Of a stretch of 64,000 nucleotides of DNA, positions 63,901 through 64,000 are shown one piece after another. The stretch spans positions 16,120,001 through 16,184,000 of the forward strand of contig CM060732.1 of assembly GCA_030704615.1 (NCBI GenBank), in the 5' to 3' direction. The position numbers were made by a program, and so were the translations under genes. The stretch's first letter is position 1; every line of letters begins with the position of its first letter. This DNA is from Takakia lepidozioides. Taxonomy: Eukaryota; Plantae; Bryophyta. The notes beneath the pieces were generated by a model. It worked only from the letters and a program-made list of their open reading frames with translations. It had not been told where the DNA came from and did not search any database.

Positions 63901-64000
63901 AGAAGACCGCGTGCAGGACAAGGTATGGTTCATATGAGTTCTTGGTGATGCTTTTTGGGCTCACCAACGCACCCGCGACCTTTAGCACGCTAATGAACAG
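60963..64000 (+). mobile_element. Chromovirus-type Ty3/Gypsy element nested in the gag fragment: LTR 60963-61689, PBS-iMet 61692, gag, protease, RT running off the window
   Basis: TGTCGCG...CGCGACA; TGGTATCAGAGCC; gag PSTFEG...YLRGYAQQWW; CFNCGEPGHMAKKC; [14 protein letters not shown]...IDLRSGYHQ; stops at 62741, 63023, 63449. Confidence 0.92.

Overview
Eukaryotic nuclear DNA with spliceosomal introns, most likely from a non-seed land plant (inferred from PLS-type PPRs, a PHD-bearing Gypsy and plant-type RPS25). It is a nested transposon graveyard with one clearly intact host gene, the 4-exon 40S ribosomal protein S25 (9541-11148). Mobile content: (i) a LINE remnant with chromo-like, PCIF1-like methyltransferase and inverted RNase H parts; (ii) two Mutator/SWIM transposase pseudogenes; (iii) two homologous intron-containing beta-class amino-methyltransferase-like genes; (iv) a RING-finger accessory gene; (v) three phased arrays of palindromes sharing a CGGCRCCG core, one with a strict 53-bp period; (vi) several Gypsy elements. 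One 7-kb insertion has an unusual A-coding-B-A-B terminal repeat layout, a 4-bp TSD and a mosaic of captured host gene fragments. The window also holds a decayed tandem cluster of PDF-motif/PPR genes (55-59.4 kb). The best candidates for an undescribed system are the Mutator-like elements with methyltransferase/RING cargo and element-specific palindrome arrays, and the split-direct-repeat DDE retroelement. All family assignments come from motif recognition by eye, not database searches.
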